A program made the position numbers and the translations under genes. Under the pieces are notes generated by a model, which was not told the origin of the DNA, searched no databases, and saw only the letters and a list, made by a program, of their open reading frames with translations. A stretch of DNA of 64,000 bases, taken from the IMG/VR virus record IMGVR_UViG_3300032038_000056; one strand, written 5' to 3'. This document shows positions 47,715 through 57,469 of this stretch, piece after piece (the stretch's first letter is position 1; each line of letters begins with the position of its first letter). Source of the DNA: an uncultured virus (IMG/VR IMGVR_UViG_3300032038_000056). Taxonomy: Duplodnaviria; Heunggongvirae; Uroviricota; Caudoviricetes.

Positions 47715-48104
47715 TCAGAACGTCCCCCCTCCGAAGTATTCCTGTCTGCCCGTTCCCAGTGTCCTCTCGGCCTCCCTCACCCAACGTTCCGCATTGGCGA
47801 TCATACGGGGAGTGATACCGTCTGGATACCTCTCTGGTCTGTCCTTGTAGTCATCCAGATCCTGATACCAATGGCCGATCTCGTATCCCACACGGTACAG
47901 TACCTCGGATGCGAACGTATCCCCCTCCTCCCAGAATCCGCTGTCGGACGGCTCTGCGTAGAGGAATATGCATAACTTTCCAATTTTCGTCCTCTTCAGT
48001 CTGGCCAGCAGTTTCTTCTCCGCATCCGTCTTGGCGAGGATGTCCCAATAGGTGCATCCTTTCTTCTCAATCAGATCGCACATCTCCTGTTCATAGTCTG
48101 CCAT
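47715..48104 (-). CDS. Hypothetical protein
   Basis: 129 aa, GGAGGT RBS. Confidence 0.6.
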   Translation of the reverse strand: MADYEQEMCDLIEKKGCTYWDILAKTDAEKKLLARLKRTKIGKLCIFLYAEPSDSGFWEEGDTFASEVLYRVGYEIGHWYQDLDDYKDRPERYPDGITPRMIANAERWVREAERTLGTGRQEYFGGGTF

Positions 48105-48139
48105 ATCCCATACCTCCTTTAAGAGAGGGGGAATCCCCC

Positions 48140-49069
48140 TCAGTGAACCTCGTGTACCAGAGTTCTGACGTGGAATCTCTGGATGTTGTATCCTCCAGCA
48201 CCGACGCTCTGGACTTTTGCCGTCCTTCCGTTGCCTGTAACGAACCCGTTGATGACGGCGAACCCGTTGTTGCCTCTGGTCATCTTGAGGCCGTCAGCGG
48301 TCTGGAAACCGCCCGTGATGGCCGATACCCTGTCGTACAGGTCGAGAACGAGTGCCTTTCCAGCCTTGACATTCCTCTCGTGGATCTGGTCGTCGCTGAA
48401 GTAGGGGAGGTCAATCCACTCGAATCTTGAGTAACCTTCCTCGATCTCACGGGATTCCCTGTTGAGTGCTCTGGCCTCTTCCGAGTCCCTTCCGTGTTCC
48501 CTCACCGCTTTTCTGTACTCGTTCTGGAGGTTGTAGTATTCCTCTCTTGCCTCCTTGATGGATGCTCTCCTCATCTTGTCCCACGCATCCCAAGACTCGA
48601 TGATGCTGTCAAGGAACTCCCTCATACAGTCGGGCATCGTCTCGAACACGTTGTCCCTCTCTTCGGCCTCGGCAAGCCTGTCCTTGTAGGTCTCAAGGGT
48701 CTTCTCCTTCTCTGCGATATCCCTCTGTGCGTTCTTGATGGACTCGATGTAATCGAACAGGTTGTAGTGCGCCCTCTCGACATCATCCCACTGTCCCTCG
48801 GTCAGGATCCTGTAGTAATCGTCGGATTCCCCGTGTGCCTTCAGAACCTCATCCTTGTGTGCGTCCCAGACGTTCTCGACGGTCATCTGGAAGACCTTTG
48901 CGGAGTCCACAGTGCCGTCGTAGGAAGGCGCGTTACAGAACCCACCGATTTTCTTGTGGATCTTTCCGATTGCGGTCAGTCTCTTCTCGATGAGTGCCTT
49001 CTTCTTTCCGATGGTCTCCTCTATCTTCTCGATTCTCTCTCTGATTGCCTGTGTTTCCATTGTTCTCAT
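48140..49069 (-). CDS. Coiled-coil protein with phage-like C-terminal domain (unknown function)
   Basis: 309 aa; C-terminal INGFVTG...AKVQSVGAGGYNIQRFHVRTLV; own promoter and downstream hairpin gagggggaatccccctc. Confidence 0.75.
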   Translation of the reverse strand: MRTMETQAIRERIEKIEETIGKKKALIEKRLTAIGKIHKKIGGFCNAPSYDGTVDSAKVFQMTVENVWDAHKDEVLKAHGESDDYYRILTEGQWDDVERAHYNLFDYIESIKNAQRDIAEKEKTLETYKDRLAEAEERDNVFETMPDCMREFLDSIIESWDAWDKMRRASIKEAREEYYNLQNEYRKAVREHGRDSEEARALNRESREIEEGYSRFEWIDLPYFSDDQIHERNVKAGKALVLDLYDRVSAITGGFQTADGLKMTRGNNGFAVINGFVTGNGRTAKVQSVGAGGYNIQRFHVRTLVHEVH

Positions 49070-49198
49070 TCTCCTTTCGGGTTTCCCCTTTGTTGAGTGT
49101 ATATTATCTGATTGATATATAAATGTATGTACGGATGTATTAATTAAAGAACGAGAAAGTAAGGGGTTTGATATATTGTGGTACTTTTGTATAGTGAT

Positions 49199-49597
49199 TT
49201 ACTGTAAATAACGTCTCCAGTTGGGATCATTCACCTTTGATTTGGGGATCATAAGGATAAACTGATTCGTAGTCTTTATAGGTCCTTTTCCTGCACCGTA
49301 CATACTGAAAGTAACTGGCATCTTTTTGGCATTAGTCCCATCTACGCACCAGTAATGCGTGTACCCTCTGCCAGTCTTAGAAGGTTCTCCATAATATTCA
49401 CAGACGTATACCTTGCCTTTGAACATGAATTGAGGGTCATACAGATGCCTGTTCGCGTTCTTGTTATACAGTCTCAGGGTCTTGATGAATGCTTCGGGGA
49501 ATGACGCAAACTCGATCTTTCCCAGACAGACCGATTCATCCGTTACCACATTATAATGTGTGTCCACTTTTCCAGCCCAAACTTCGCTTGTTGCCAT
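49199..49597 (-). CDS. Hypothetical protein (array region)
   Basis: 132 aa, GGAGGT RBS. Confidence 0.6.
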   Translation of the reverse strand: MATSEVWAGKVDTHYNVVTDESVCLGKIEFASFPEAFIKTLRLYNKNANRHLYDPQFMFKGKVYVCEYYGEPSKTGRGYTHYWCVDGTNAKKMPVTFSMYGAGKGPIKTTNQFILMIPKSKVNDPNWRRYLQ

Positions 49598-49615
49598 ATT
49601 CTTACCTCCCGCTCC

Positions 49616-49867
49616 TCAATAGAATACAGACTGAAGTTCGTACTGTATTCTGCCGTCCTCTCTGAGAACATATACACGGGATTTGATGTGGTCCTTATAG
49701 ATCCATGAACCCGTGGCATAGTAGATATGCCCTACGACTCCTTTTCCCTTTTTGAAGAAGTTTGCCACTTTGTTCTTGCCGTTCCTCTGGATGAACTTTC
49801 TGCGAATCTCGACAAGTCCGTTCGCCCTGATGATCTGGTTTCCTTCCCAATACAGATATTCTGCCAT
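49616..49867 (-). CDS. Array family small protein
   Basis: NGLVEIRRKF ... YVLREDGRI. Confidence 0.65.
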   Translation of the reverse strand: MAEYLYWEGNQIIRANGLVEIRRKFIQRNGKNKVANFFKKGKGVVGHIYYATGSWIYKDHIKSRVYVLREDGRIQYELQSVFY

Positions 49868-49871
49868 ATTC

Positions 49872-50213
49872 TTACCTCCTGTTCCTAAGTTTCAGATCAG
49901 GTGTGACATCGTAAGTGTAGGACTCCCAACCGTAACTGTCGAATGTCTGCAACACATATGCGTATCCAGACTTCCTCTTGACCTTCTTCATAACGCCGTA
50001 GGGCTTGCTGTCGTAGTCGATTTCCCCATACCTGTCGGTCTTCTCATACTCCCTGTCGATCTCGACCTTGTTGGACGCGGTACAGAGACGCATCGCCAGA
50101 GCCAGAGCCTCGTCCCTCTTCAAGTTCCCGTTGATGAAGTCCGCTCTCTTCTTGTTCGTGGTAACGCTCACAGAGAATCCAATCGCTTTGATGGTCATCT
50201 TATCCCACCACAT
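49872..50213 (-). CDS. Array family small protein (divergent)
   Basis: KRDEALALAM ... YDVTPDLKL. Confidence 0.55.
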   Translation of the reverse strand: MWWDKMTIKAIGFSVSVTTNKKRADFINGNLKRDEALALAMRLCTASNKVEIDREYEKTDRYGEIDYDSKPYGVMKKVKRKSGYAYVLQTFDSYGWESYTYDVTPDLKLRNRR

Positions 50214-50481
50214 TCTTAGCGCGAATCTCTTTCACACCACTTCTGATACCTTTAACTAGGGATGCGTAACCCTGATCGAGTTCTACACGTTCTTCGCCAT
50301 AACTCACACGGGCTTTTCTCCTCCATTCCTCACCCCAACTGTTCTTCGCAAAATACACGAATGACGCGGTGCGTCTCGTACAAAGAATGGTCTTATCAAG
50401 TGAATGTCCCCACCCATCCGTTATGAGGTAGCGTCTGCCAGGCACGAATCTTTCCATCTTATCGACCTCTGTATCTTTCAT
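50200..50481 (-). CDS. Hypothetical protein
   Basis: FVPGRRY...RRTASFV; operon context. Confidence 0.55.
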   Translation of the reverse strand: MKDTEVDKMERFVPGRRYLITDGWGHSLDKTILCTRRTASFVYFAKNSWGEEWRRKARVSYGEERVELDQGYASLVKGIRSGVKEIRAKNVVG

Positions 50482-50747
50482 CCCTTTGCAATCGAGATCA
50501 CTTTGAAGTCCGTGTACCCAGAGATGTCGATGGTGAATGAGCCGTCGGGGCTTGCGGGCTTGTGGAGTTCCCTGTTCATCTTCTTGGCGTATGCGTCAGC
50601 GGAGGTCTTGTTCGTGAAGATCCTGGCCTTCTTATCGAGTATGGGTGCATACCAAGTGGTATCCTTGTCCGCACGGATACCGCTCATTCCGAGAAGGAAG
50701 GCGTGTGTCGCTTTCGTGAACCTTGCTACGAGATATGCGTTGGTCAT
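50478..50747 (-). CDS. Hypothetical protein
   Basis: FTNKTSADAYA helix motif; start MTNAY. Confidence 0.55.
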   Translation of the reverse strand: MTNAYLVARFTKATHAFLLGMSGIRADKDTTWYAPILDKKARIFTNKTSADAYAKKMNRELHKPASPDGSFTIDISGYTDFKVISIAKG

Positions 50748-50785
50748 TTTATCTACCTTTGTATTACGTATTTGCGTATTGGTAT

Positions 50786-51079
50786 TTAATGGGTACGTAT
50801 GAAATTGAGATATGCCTGTAGACTCGTCAGAACCTTCCACCTGTACATCTCCATAGACCCGTGAAGATTAAGCCACCAATCCCTCTCGGCTTTCGTGGTA
50901 TAGGAATCCCAAGTGCCTTTCGATGCATCGACGATCTCTACCAATCTCTTTTTGGTATTGAAATAGAAACTGTACTTGTCAGCCACGGTCACGCAGTAAT
51001 ACTTCGTTCCCTTGGCGTTCCGTACTGTTTCGACATAGGTCTTCAGTACGGGAAATCTCATAGGTTCAGCGTCTTTCAC
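50786..51079 (-). CDS. Hypothetical protein
   Basis: 97 aa GTG start with GAGGCGG RBS. Confidence 0.5.
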   Translation of the reverse strand: MKDAEPMRFPVLKTYVETVRNAKGTKYYCVTVADKYSFYFNTKKRLVEIVDASKGTWDSYTTKAERDWWLNLHGSMEMYRWKVLTSLQAYLNFIRTH

Positions 51080-51088
51080 GATACCGCC

Positions 51089-51610
51089 TCAGATCAATGT
51101 TCCGTCGCTCTTTACCGCTCTTGCGTATGTCTTTGTTTCAAATATAGCCGTTCCGTAGTGCAGATGGACTTCGCCGACGTATTCAGACCCTCTGTATATC
51201 TCGATTCCCGCAGAACCTGTCTTTGCGTATCTGACAGCGGATTTACGGGCTTCTATCATGTTAGGTGCGCGTGCGATGATCCTGTGTCCTGCCACACACA
51301 CATATCCGTTCGGTTCTGGCATAGACGGTGTACGTTTCACCGACGGAGGTCTGGATGTATCCAATCTCATCTGCTTTGCTTTGGTCCTGTATTCCGCAAG
51401 GTCGGTAACGGCCTGTCTGTAGTACCTGTTGAACAGGTCGTAATTCTCAGTGAATACGTCCAGATTCTTTCCTCTGTATTCCTTGTTCAGTTTATGGTTG
51501 TATGCTCTGACGAGTTTGTTGCCATAGAACATCAGATCCAGAAAATCGACAGGACGGACATGGTAATACCTTTTTTCATTCTCCAAGGTTTCTGTAATCT
51601 TACTATTCAT
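51089..51610 (-). CDS. Array family protein with extra N-terminal domain
   Basis: PNMIEARKSAV ... RAVKSDGTL. Confidence 0.65.
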   Translation of the reverse strand: MNSKITETLENEKRYYHVRPVDFLDLMFYGNKLVRAYNHKLNKEYRGKNLDVFTENYDLFNRYYRQAVTDLAEYRTKAKQMRLDTSRPPSVKRTPSMPEPNGYVCVAGHRIIARAPNMIEARKSAVRYAKTGSAGIEIYRGSEYVGEVHLHYGTAIFETKTYARAVKSDGTLI

Positions 51611-51624
51611 TTTTACCCCTCCTT

Positions 51625-51930
51625 TCATATTTTCTTTCCGAGTGTGCCATCAAGGTGCAGGAGCCAACAGCCTTTTGCAGTCTCATATGCGATATACCCC
51701 CTGTTAGGCTTCATTCTGAAGTATCTCTTGATTTCCCCAATCACAGTCCATGACTCTCCTCCGTCCTTGGACTCACAAACATATTGTGACCAATAACAAC
51801 TTGTATTGACTGCGTATTTTCTTGCTTCGGTTATCGTTTTAAAGAACATATGGATCATCGCGTTAGGAATATAGGGATATGTTCTGCCAATCTTCTCTGT
51901 CCCCGATCCCAGTATACTATATTTGACCAT
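51625..51930 (-). CDS. Array family small protein
   Basis: FKTITEARKYAV ... LLHLDGTLGKK. Confidence 0.7.
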   Translation of the reverse strand: MVKYSILGSGTEKIGRTYPYIPNAMIHMFFKTITEARKYAVNTSCYWSQYVCESKDGGESWTVIGEIKRYFRMKPNRGYIAYETAKGCWLLHLDGTLGKKI

Positions 51931-51934
51931 AATA

Positions 51935-52282
51935 TCAGGCCTCGAAATAATGGAGGAAAATCCTCTTGCTAATCGTTCCGTCCTTATTCAGATAGTGTCC
52001 AGCCCCTACCGTATCACGTGAGCGGATGGCATACCAGAAGTACCCGCCATCACGGGTTCTGCGGACTTCGGTAGCGACCTGCCAGACATCCTTGTATTTG
52101 GGGTTGCTGACCTCTACGCAGAATATGTCCTTGTTCGAGTCCATATACATAATGGCATATGCCCTCGCACTCTTCAGCGTATCAAACTTCTTGCTGAGAG
52201 GAACGTCCTTGAACCAATCCTTCGCAGTCTGGCCTCTGTCGTTCCTGAACACCAATCTGATCTGATATGACATATTACTCAC
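51935..52282 (-). CDS. Array family small protein
   Basis: FDTLKSARAYAI ... YLNKDGTISK. Confidence 0.7.
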   Translation of the reverse strand: MSNMSYQIRLVFRNDRGQTAKDWFKDVPLSKKFDTLKSARAYAIMYMDSNKDIFCVEVSNPKYKDVWQVATEVRRTRDGGYFWYAIRSRDTVGAGHYLNKDGTISKRIFLHYFEA

Positions 52283-52689
52283 CTTTTGCGCTTTCTGTAC
52301 TCAATCTTCCAAGCCATAGGCGGATAATCTTTGAGCATCATCCATTTTGCACCGAGAGTTCCGTCCTTGTTGAGTTTATAGAGATAGTTTCCAGAAACAT
52401 AGTGGTCTTGGAATTTGATCTTGAAGAACTCCCTGTCCTCATAGGGGTAGTCCTCCAATCTGTTCGGAACACCCTTTACGGTCCTTTTGCCGAAGTTCAT
52501 ATACACCGTGCCTTCCAGATTGTCCTTGGAAACGGAGTCCTTGTATATGCGGAGCCAGTTCGCCTCTTTCCTCTCTCCCTCGATAGGATAATACTTGTAG
52601 ATTATCGAGAGTGCCTTCTTCCTTGCTTCCGTGATTGTATTCGTTCTGACATAAGTCGTACCGTTCGGATGATAGATTATATACGCCAT
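52279..52689 (-). CDS. Array family small protein
   Basis: NTITEARKKAL ... YKLNKDGTLGAK. Confidence 0.7.
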   Translation of the reverse strand: MAYIIYHPNGTTYVRTNTITEARKKALSIIYKYYPIEGERKEANWLRIYKDSVSKDNLEGTVYMNFGKRTVKGVPNRLEDYPYEDREFFKIKFQDHYVSGNYLYKLNKDGTLGAKWMMLKDYPPMAWKIEYRKRKR

Positions 52690-52691
52690 AT

Positions 52692-52904
52692 TTACCACTC
52701 CTTGTACCATCTGGATCCTCTCTTGACCCAACGCCCTACTGATTTGCCACTGCCAAGGTATTCCACGTCTATAGTATCGGCGCGGTTCTTGTCAGCATCC
52801 CTTTTCACAAGTCTTATGAGGGAATCCTTACTATATCCATAATACCTCTGTATCGGGAGTCCTATGAGGAAATATCCGTCAAAACGTACTTCAAAATCTG
52901 CCAT
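52692..52904 (-). CDS. Small protein, WYKEW subfamily
   Basis: YSKDSLIRLVKRDA ... GRWVKRGSRWYKEW. Confidence 0.65.
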   Translation of the reverse strand: MADFEVRFDGYFLIGLPIQRYYGYSKDSLIRLVKRDADKNRADTIDVEYLGSGKSVGRWVKRGSRWYKEW

Positions 52905-52908
52905 TATA

Positions 52909-53355
52909 TCACTCTCTCATCAGCCTTTTAATCTTCTCGGTATCGAAGTCGATATCCCAATAGTGGGGGTCCCTCTTTGCAGTCCAGTCATCGATCTTCT
53001 CATTGGACAGAGTACCGTCTGCCTTGACGATCTTACCGACCGTTGCGGGGTAACGGAACGTATCACGGATGTAGTACACCTTTCTGTTCTTGACGGTTCT
53101 GCTGTCAATGGTCTCGTTGCTGGTACTCCACCTCATATAATCAGTGCCGTAATACTGGCCTTTCTCCCCCACACAGGCGGTCGTCGTAATGAATGCCGAG
53201 AAGAACTGGGGTTTTTCTTTCATGACCTTTACAGCGAACTTACGGGCATCGGTCTTCGTATCGAACAGCGGGGATGCGATCTTCTTGAAGTAACCTTTCG
53301 ACGGGGATGCTTTCTTGCTGAATATGATTATGAACTTGTCTGTCATTCCATTCAC
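52909..53355 (-). CDS. Array family small protein
   Basis: FDTKTDARKFAV ... IVKADGTLS. Confidence 0.7.
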   Translation of the reverse strand: MNGMTDKFIIIFSKKASPSKGYFKKIASPLFDTKTDARKFAVKVMKEKPQFFSAFITTTACVGEKGQYYGTDYMRWSTSNETIDSRTVKNRKVYYIRDTFRYPATVGKIVKADGTLSNEKIDDWTAKRDPHYWDIDFDTEKIKRLMRE

Positions 53356-53371
53356 CTTTTCAAATCATCCT

Positions 53372-53653
53372 TCAGATGAACTTGACACGCTCGACCTTCT
53401 GGCCGAGAGAACCGTCTGCCTTGATGGGGTATGTTCCAGCCTTCTCGTTATCGAAGAAGTAGAACTTTCCATCGACACCTCTTGACACGAATCCGATCTT
53501 CCTGCGGTTGGCGTAGATGCCGATGAGGGGATTGACACTCCCATACTCGGTAACATACATCTTCCACACACCTTTTGCCTCTTTAAGAGCCTCTTTCCTC
53601 GTACCGAACGGCCACGATGTTCCCTCGATACTGTATGCTGTTCCGTTTGCCAT
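53372..53653 (-). CDS. Array family small protein
   Basis: FGTRKEALKEA ... YPIKADGSLGQK. Confidence 0.7.
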   Translation of the reverse strand: MANGTAYSIEGTSWPFGTRKEALKEAKGVWKMYVTEYGSVNPLIGIYANRRKIGFVSRGVDGKFYFFDNEKAGTYPIKADGSLGQKVERVKFI

Positions 53654-53664
53654 ATTTTCACCTT

Positions 53665-54117
53665 TCACGTGAAGTCATAGATGTTCATGTGCAGATTCTT
53701 GTTGTAGAACACCCTTGTGGGTTTCAGCGGAATCTGATCGATAGGGGTCTTCCCGATAAGTCTGCCCTCTGCATTGATGCGGTAGAAGTATTCTCCAGAA
53801 TCATCGATTAGGATAGGGCCGACAGGGGACTGTCTGACAGTTCCGTAGGGGATTCCCTTCTCATATGCCAGCACGTGATAACTGTAATCCCTCGTGTATT
53901 CACTGGCGTTGTAGTAGTATTTGTTCAACACCTTGAACACGGATGCATACTGTTTCGGACCAGTATTCCTGACCGCCCACCTTACCGCCTCGGTCTTGGT
54001 AGGGAAGTTGTATCTGCTGGATCCAATCTTTCCATGCCCAACGTTCGATATCTGTACGCCGTAGACGTACTGCTTTCCATATATGTCCTTGACATTTCCG
54101 CGTTTAACTTTCGGCAT
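53665..54117 (-). CDS. Array family small protein
   Basis: FPTKTEAVRWAV ... YRINAEGRLIGK. Confidence 0.7.
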   Translation of the reverse strand: MPKVKRGNVKDIYGKQYVYGVQISNVGHGKIGSSRYNFPTKTEAVRWAVRNTGPKQYASVFKVLNKYYYNASEYTRDYSYHVLAYEKGIPYGTVRQSPVGPILIDDSGEYFYRINAEGRLIGKTPIDQIPLKPTRVFYNKNLHMNIYDFT

Positions 54118-54131
54118 ATCATTTCACCTCT

Positions 54132-54383
54132 TTAGCGTGTCCTTGTTGCGTTTTTCCTCTTTTTCGTGACACAACGCCCAAGTGTCTCCTCTTCCACCCA
54201 TCTTTTTGCATCGGTGAGATAGAGGAATGTGCGTTTTTCATTGAAGAGAGTCTCCGCAGTATAATATTCGTACTGAAGATTGCGCTTAACCCTGATCGTA
54301 CCCCACTCTTCTACAAAATTATCTGTCGAACTGTTGCTGACCAGCAACGTGTATTTCCCTTTATCGCGTTCCCACTCAATCAT
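54132..54383 (-). CDS. Hypothetical protein
   Basis: FLYLTDAKRWVE helix motif only. Confidence 0.55.
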   Translation of the reverse strand: MIEWERDKGKYTLLVSNSSTDNFVEEWGTIRVKRNLQYEYYTAETLFNEKRTFLYLTDAKRWVEEETLGRCVTKKRKNATRTR

Positions 54384-54387
54384 ATTT

Positions 54388-54627
54388 TCACCTCTTCAGT
54401 GTTCCGTCCTTGTTGATCTCGTAATCTATCCCGCTGACGGAACGGTATCCGAAGTACCTCTTCCCCTTGTATCTGTTCGTGAAGACCTGTCCTTGGAGTC
54501 CTCTCCTTCTTTCATAGATCTGGATAGTGGCCTTGTGCAATCTGAGGTATGCCATCGCTTTCTTTCTGGCATCCTTGATGTGCTCGAAATAGGTCTTTGA
54601 CAGAGAAGGGGAGGTGTAGTACATCAT
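54388..54627 (-). CDS. Array family small protein
   Basis: FEHIKDARKKAM ... YEINKDGTL. Confidence 0.7.
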   Translation of the reverse strand: MMYYTSPSLSKTYFEHIKDARKKAMAYLRLHKATIQIYERRRGLQGQVFTNRYKGKRYFGYRSVSGIDYEINKDGTLKR

Positions 54628-55052
54628 TTCCTCCTCGGTCTTGTCCAGACCCCTGCTTTAGGGGCGTCGTGGTCAAAATACCAACTGAAACTATCGCTGG
54701 TCATAGAGATACTACCATCCTTCCCGATAAGGTAGTATTTGTATGTACCAGTAGGACGGTCATCCTTCAGGATCGCTTCTCTGCCGAATGATTTGAACTC
54801 GTACTTCGGTCTGATGAACATCTCTGTCGTAACAGTGACCAACTGAAATGCTGGCCTTATAACGCCATTGGTAATCTTCGGGTTCTTGATGATGATAGTA
54901 TCAAAATACCTCCCACCGAGTTCCCTACCAGACATTTGGGATGCTTTCTTACGTGCTTCCGTAAGAGAAGTAAACCTTCCGTAAAAGTTCTTCTTGTTCG
55001 ATGAATAAACATCGTAAGTCTGAGATGTTTTGTAGATCGGCATTTTCTTCAC
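54624..55052 (-). CDS. Array family small protein
   Basis: FTSLTEARKKAS ... YLIGKDGSI. Confidence 0.7.
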   Translation of the reverse strand: MKKMPIYKTSQTYDVYSSNKKNFYGRFTSLTEARKKASQMSGRELGGRYFDTIIIKNPKITNGVIRPAFQLVTVTTEMFIRPKYEFKSFGREAILKDDRPTGTYKYYLIGKDGSISMTSDSFSWYFDHDAPKAGVWTRPRRK

Positions 55053-55609
55053 TTCTTCTTAGGAGGATAATCCTTACTGATTTCGCTTACGTGGGAATAT
55101 CTGAAATTTGCGGGTATCTCCTTGATTGATTCATAGGTCTTATCAAACCTTCCGATTGTCAGATACATATACTTCTTCTGTGTGGCAGAATATGTGTTCC
55201 ATAAGGACTTTGCGTATTTGTATGCCGACTCATAGGTTCTAAAGTATTTCAGAGGAGGACGATAGTCCTTATTTGGTATGACACCATCATATTCTCTCAA
55301 ATTTGCCCACGGTTTGACGAAATACGAATAAGGCATGACCTTCTTTCCTTGGGGCGTCCTATATCTCTCCACATACATTTTTCTAAGCAGAGAGACTGCT
55401 TTCTTCTCAATAGTCTTTGGAACATATTGCCATTGGGTATTGAACAACCCTCCTGTTACACGACCGTTTTCATCGATCCCCGCGTAATACGCATACCATC
55501 CATCAGTTACCTGAACTTCGGCAATATAGACCCTACCATCACTTGCATCGTTTATCGCCCACTTTCCATTGGGGGATTTCCATAGAAGTTTCATGTCTTT
55601 TGCTACCAT
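55049..55609 (-). CDS. Hypothetical two-domain protein
   Basis: FRTYESAYKYA motif in C-terminal half. Confidence 0.6.
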   Translation of the reverse strand: MVAKDMKLLWKSPNGKWAINDASDGRVYIAEVQVTDGWYAYYAGIDENGRVTGGLFNTQWQYVPKTIEKKAVSLLRKMYVERYRTPQGKKVMPYSYFVKPWANLREYDGVIPNKDYRPPLKYFRTYESAYKYAKSLWNTYSATQKKYMYLTIGRFDKTYESIKEIPANFRYSHVSEISKDYPPKKK

Positions 55610-55623
55610 TTTTTCACTTCCTC

Positions 55624-55953
55624 TCAAATTTCATACACAGTTCCGACTGGAACATCCATAGTACCACGAATGACCTTCCTTGCGGTAGGCAGGAATGTTT
55701 CATCAGAGGATGTGGTGAATGACTTGTCGATCCTACCCGTCCTGTGGATTCCAAAATACCCGCTGTCAATGACGTTCTTGTAGGGGTCGTAACTATACCA
55801 GAGACACGTTGCGAATCCATAATCCATCAGATGCAGATTGGAACTCACAAGTTTCTTTGCACCTGTTTCTGTAGTACGATGCCCGATGAACATCCTACCA
55901 CGCTTGCCGTTTGCCATCTTTACAGGGATAAATACAAAAAACATCTTTGCCAT
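55624..55953 (-). CDS. Array family small protein (divergent)
   Basis: TTETGAKKLV ... GIHRTGRI. Confidence 0.55.
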   Translation of the reverse strand: MAKMFFVFIPVKMANGKRGRMFIGHRTTETGAKKLVSSNLHLMDYGFATCLWYSYDPYKNVIDSGYFGIHRTGRIDKSFTTSSDETFLPTARKVIRGTMDVPVGTVYEI

Positions 55954-55959
55954 ATTCTT

Positions 55960-56013
55960 TCACCTCAGTTCAGCACCCAGACTTCCGTCAGCGTAGATCT
56001 TGTATCTTACCAT
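55960..56013 (-). CDS. 17-aa minigene / collapsed array paralog
   Basis: MVRYKIYADGSLGAELR*; TTTTATAT box ~25 nt upstream; stop overlaps next GAGGTGA RBS. Confidence 0.45.
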   Translation of the reverse strand: MVRYKIYADGSLGAELR

Positions 56014-56082
56014 ATTTATTTGTATGGGGTACAGGATATAAAAGAGTAACGTAAAGATATTACAAAAAAAGGGGGAATGGGG

Positions 56083-56487
56083 TCAAAGACCCATCGTTCT
56101 CTTGTTGGGATACGTGTAGTCGGAGATGACATCGCCAGACTTCTTCGACTTGATCCTCTGTGCGGTAACGAACGTCAGATAGTTCGCACCAGGGATTCCA
56201 GCGAATGTTCCGCTGACCGAGAAGTACAGGGTGTTGTAGTATCCGTCGGACAGTTTTCCGCCCATCTCGGACTTGACCTCTACGGTGCGGGATTTGGATC
56301 TGTTCCTGACCATCGCTGTGAAACTGAGGTAGGAGTCCTTCGAGATATCGAACAACAGCATCTTGTGGCCGTTCTTCATCCCCTTCATATCCTGTTTGTC
56401 CTTGATCTCATCAACGGTCGCGTAGACCATCCCGTACACGATCCCTCTGAATCTTTCAGGCAGTTCGTCCAGTTGCATCCTTGTCAT
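56083..56487 (-). CDS. Hypothetical protein
   Basis: 134 aa, ends KRTMGL. Confidence 0.6.
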   Translation of the reverse strand: MTRMQLDELPERFRGIVYGMVYATVDEIKDKQDMKGMKNGHKMLLFDISKDSYLSFTAMVRNRSKSRTVEVKSEMGGKLSDGYYNTLYFSVSGTFAGIPGANYLTFVTAQRIKSKKSGDVISDYTYPNKRTMGL

Positions 56488-56491
56488 ATCT

Positions 56492-56857
56492 TCACCCCAT
56501 TAGGAATTGCTTTCTGCAATATGATATATATCCCTTTTGTGAATTTCCTTTCTCATACAATTTCTTTTCACTGATCTCTTTGTAATCAAAACTCTGAACG
56601 TAGATGTCCCCTTTGGAGTTCATTGTGTAATACCTGTTATTATCTATGTATGCTACCATCTTTTTTGTTTCTGTGTTATATACTTTACCATATTTACTGG
56701 TAGAGATATAACCGATAGGGGATGCATACGCAAATTTCAGCAAATCCTTGCGTGTTTTGAAATATTTTGCCCCTTCGTGACCGCTGACTCCAAATCCAGG
56801 CGCAGACGAACTGCTTGAGTACACATATTTCCATTTTCCGCTTTGAGTAGAAGTCAT
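56492..56857 (-). CDS. Array family small protein
   Basis: FKTRKDLLKFAY ... YTMNSKGDI. Confidence 0.6.
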   Translation of the reverse strand: MTSTQSGKWKYVYSSSSSAPGFGVSGHEGAKYFKTRKDLLKFAYASPIGYISTSKYGKVYNTETKKMVAYIDNNRYYTMNSKGDIYVQSFDYKEISEKKLYEKGNSQKGYISYCRKQFLMG

Positions 56858-57126
56858 ATTTTCACCAGTTTACCTTTGATTATGATGTAACTCCCGTGCA
56901 GTTCCCAGACGGGTCTGGTCACGACGGTATATCCGATGTGTCCGCTACCGCCGAATCTGTATTCTACGCCTTTCTTGAGCGCAACGTTCTTGTGGATCAT
57001 AACTTCAGAACCGTCGGGAAGGGTCTTAGCGAACATCTTTGCGGACGATAATGCATCCAGAGGGACTTCGTGCTGTCTTCCCGTAGGGGAGGTTCTGTAC
57101 CATATCTTGTATTTCGTGTTAATCAT
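56854..57126 (-). CDS. Hypothetical protein (array-related)
   Basis: DALSSAKMFA helix motif. Confidence 0.55.
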   Translation of the reverse strand: MINTKYKIWYRTSPTGRQHEVPLDALSSAKMFAKTLPDGSEVMIHKNVALKKGVEYRFGGSGHIGYTVVTRPVWELHGSYIIIKGKLVKI

Positions 57127-57138
57127 AGCCTTACCTCT

Positions 57139-57465
57139 TTATGATTTGATCATTCTCCACCCAATCTTTCCGAGTTTTCCATTGGGGGGTATCGTGTAAC
57201 TGTACTTTTCGGTATTTCTCGAACTTTCATACTGAGGTGTGAATGAAGGGGACACCCAACATACACCTATGATATACCGTGAATCCCCTCCAGAATCATC
57301 GCGGAGATCCTGTCTGATCTGTGCTCCTTTTCCAGCGGGATATTTGTATACATCGTATATGGTGTAATCATACGATTTCTGTTTAAGAGATCTGTATGCA
57401 AATGCCAGAGCCTCTGACATTGTACCAAATTCCTTGAAGATTCTTCCAGTGTTTATACCGTACAT
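57139..57465 (-). CDS. Array family small protein
   Basis: FGTMSEALAFAY ... YTIPPNGKLGK. Confidence 0.65.
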   Translation of the reverse strand: MYGINTGRIFKEFGTMSEALAFAYRSLKQKSYDYTIYDVYKYPAGKGAQIRQDLRDDSGGDSRYIIGVCWVSPSFTPQYESSRNTEKYSYTIPPNGKLGKIGWRMIKS

Positions 57466-57469
57466 CTCA

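Noticed and set aside
50861..51796. Long plus-strand ORFs (e.g. 50861-51796, 20499-21341, 10981-11703, 21391-22077)
   Set aside because: Antisense shadows of well-supported minus-strand genes with no motifs or RBS
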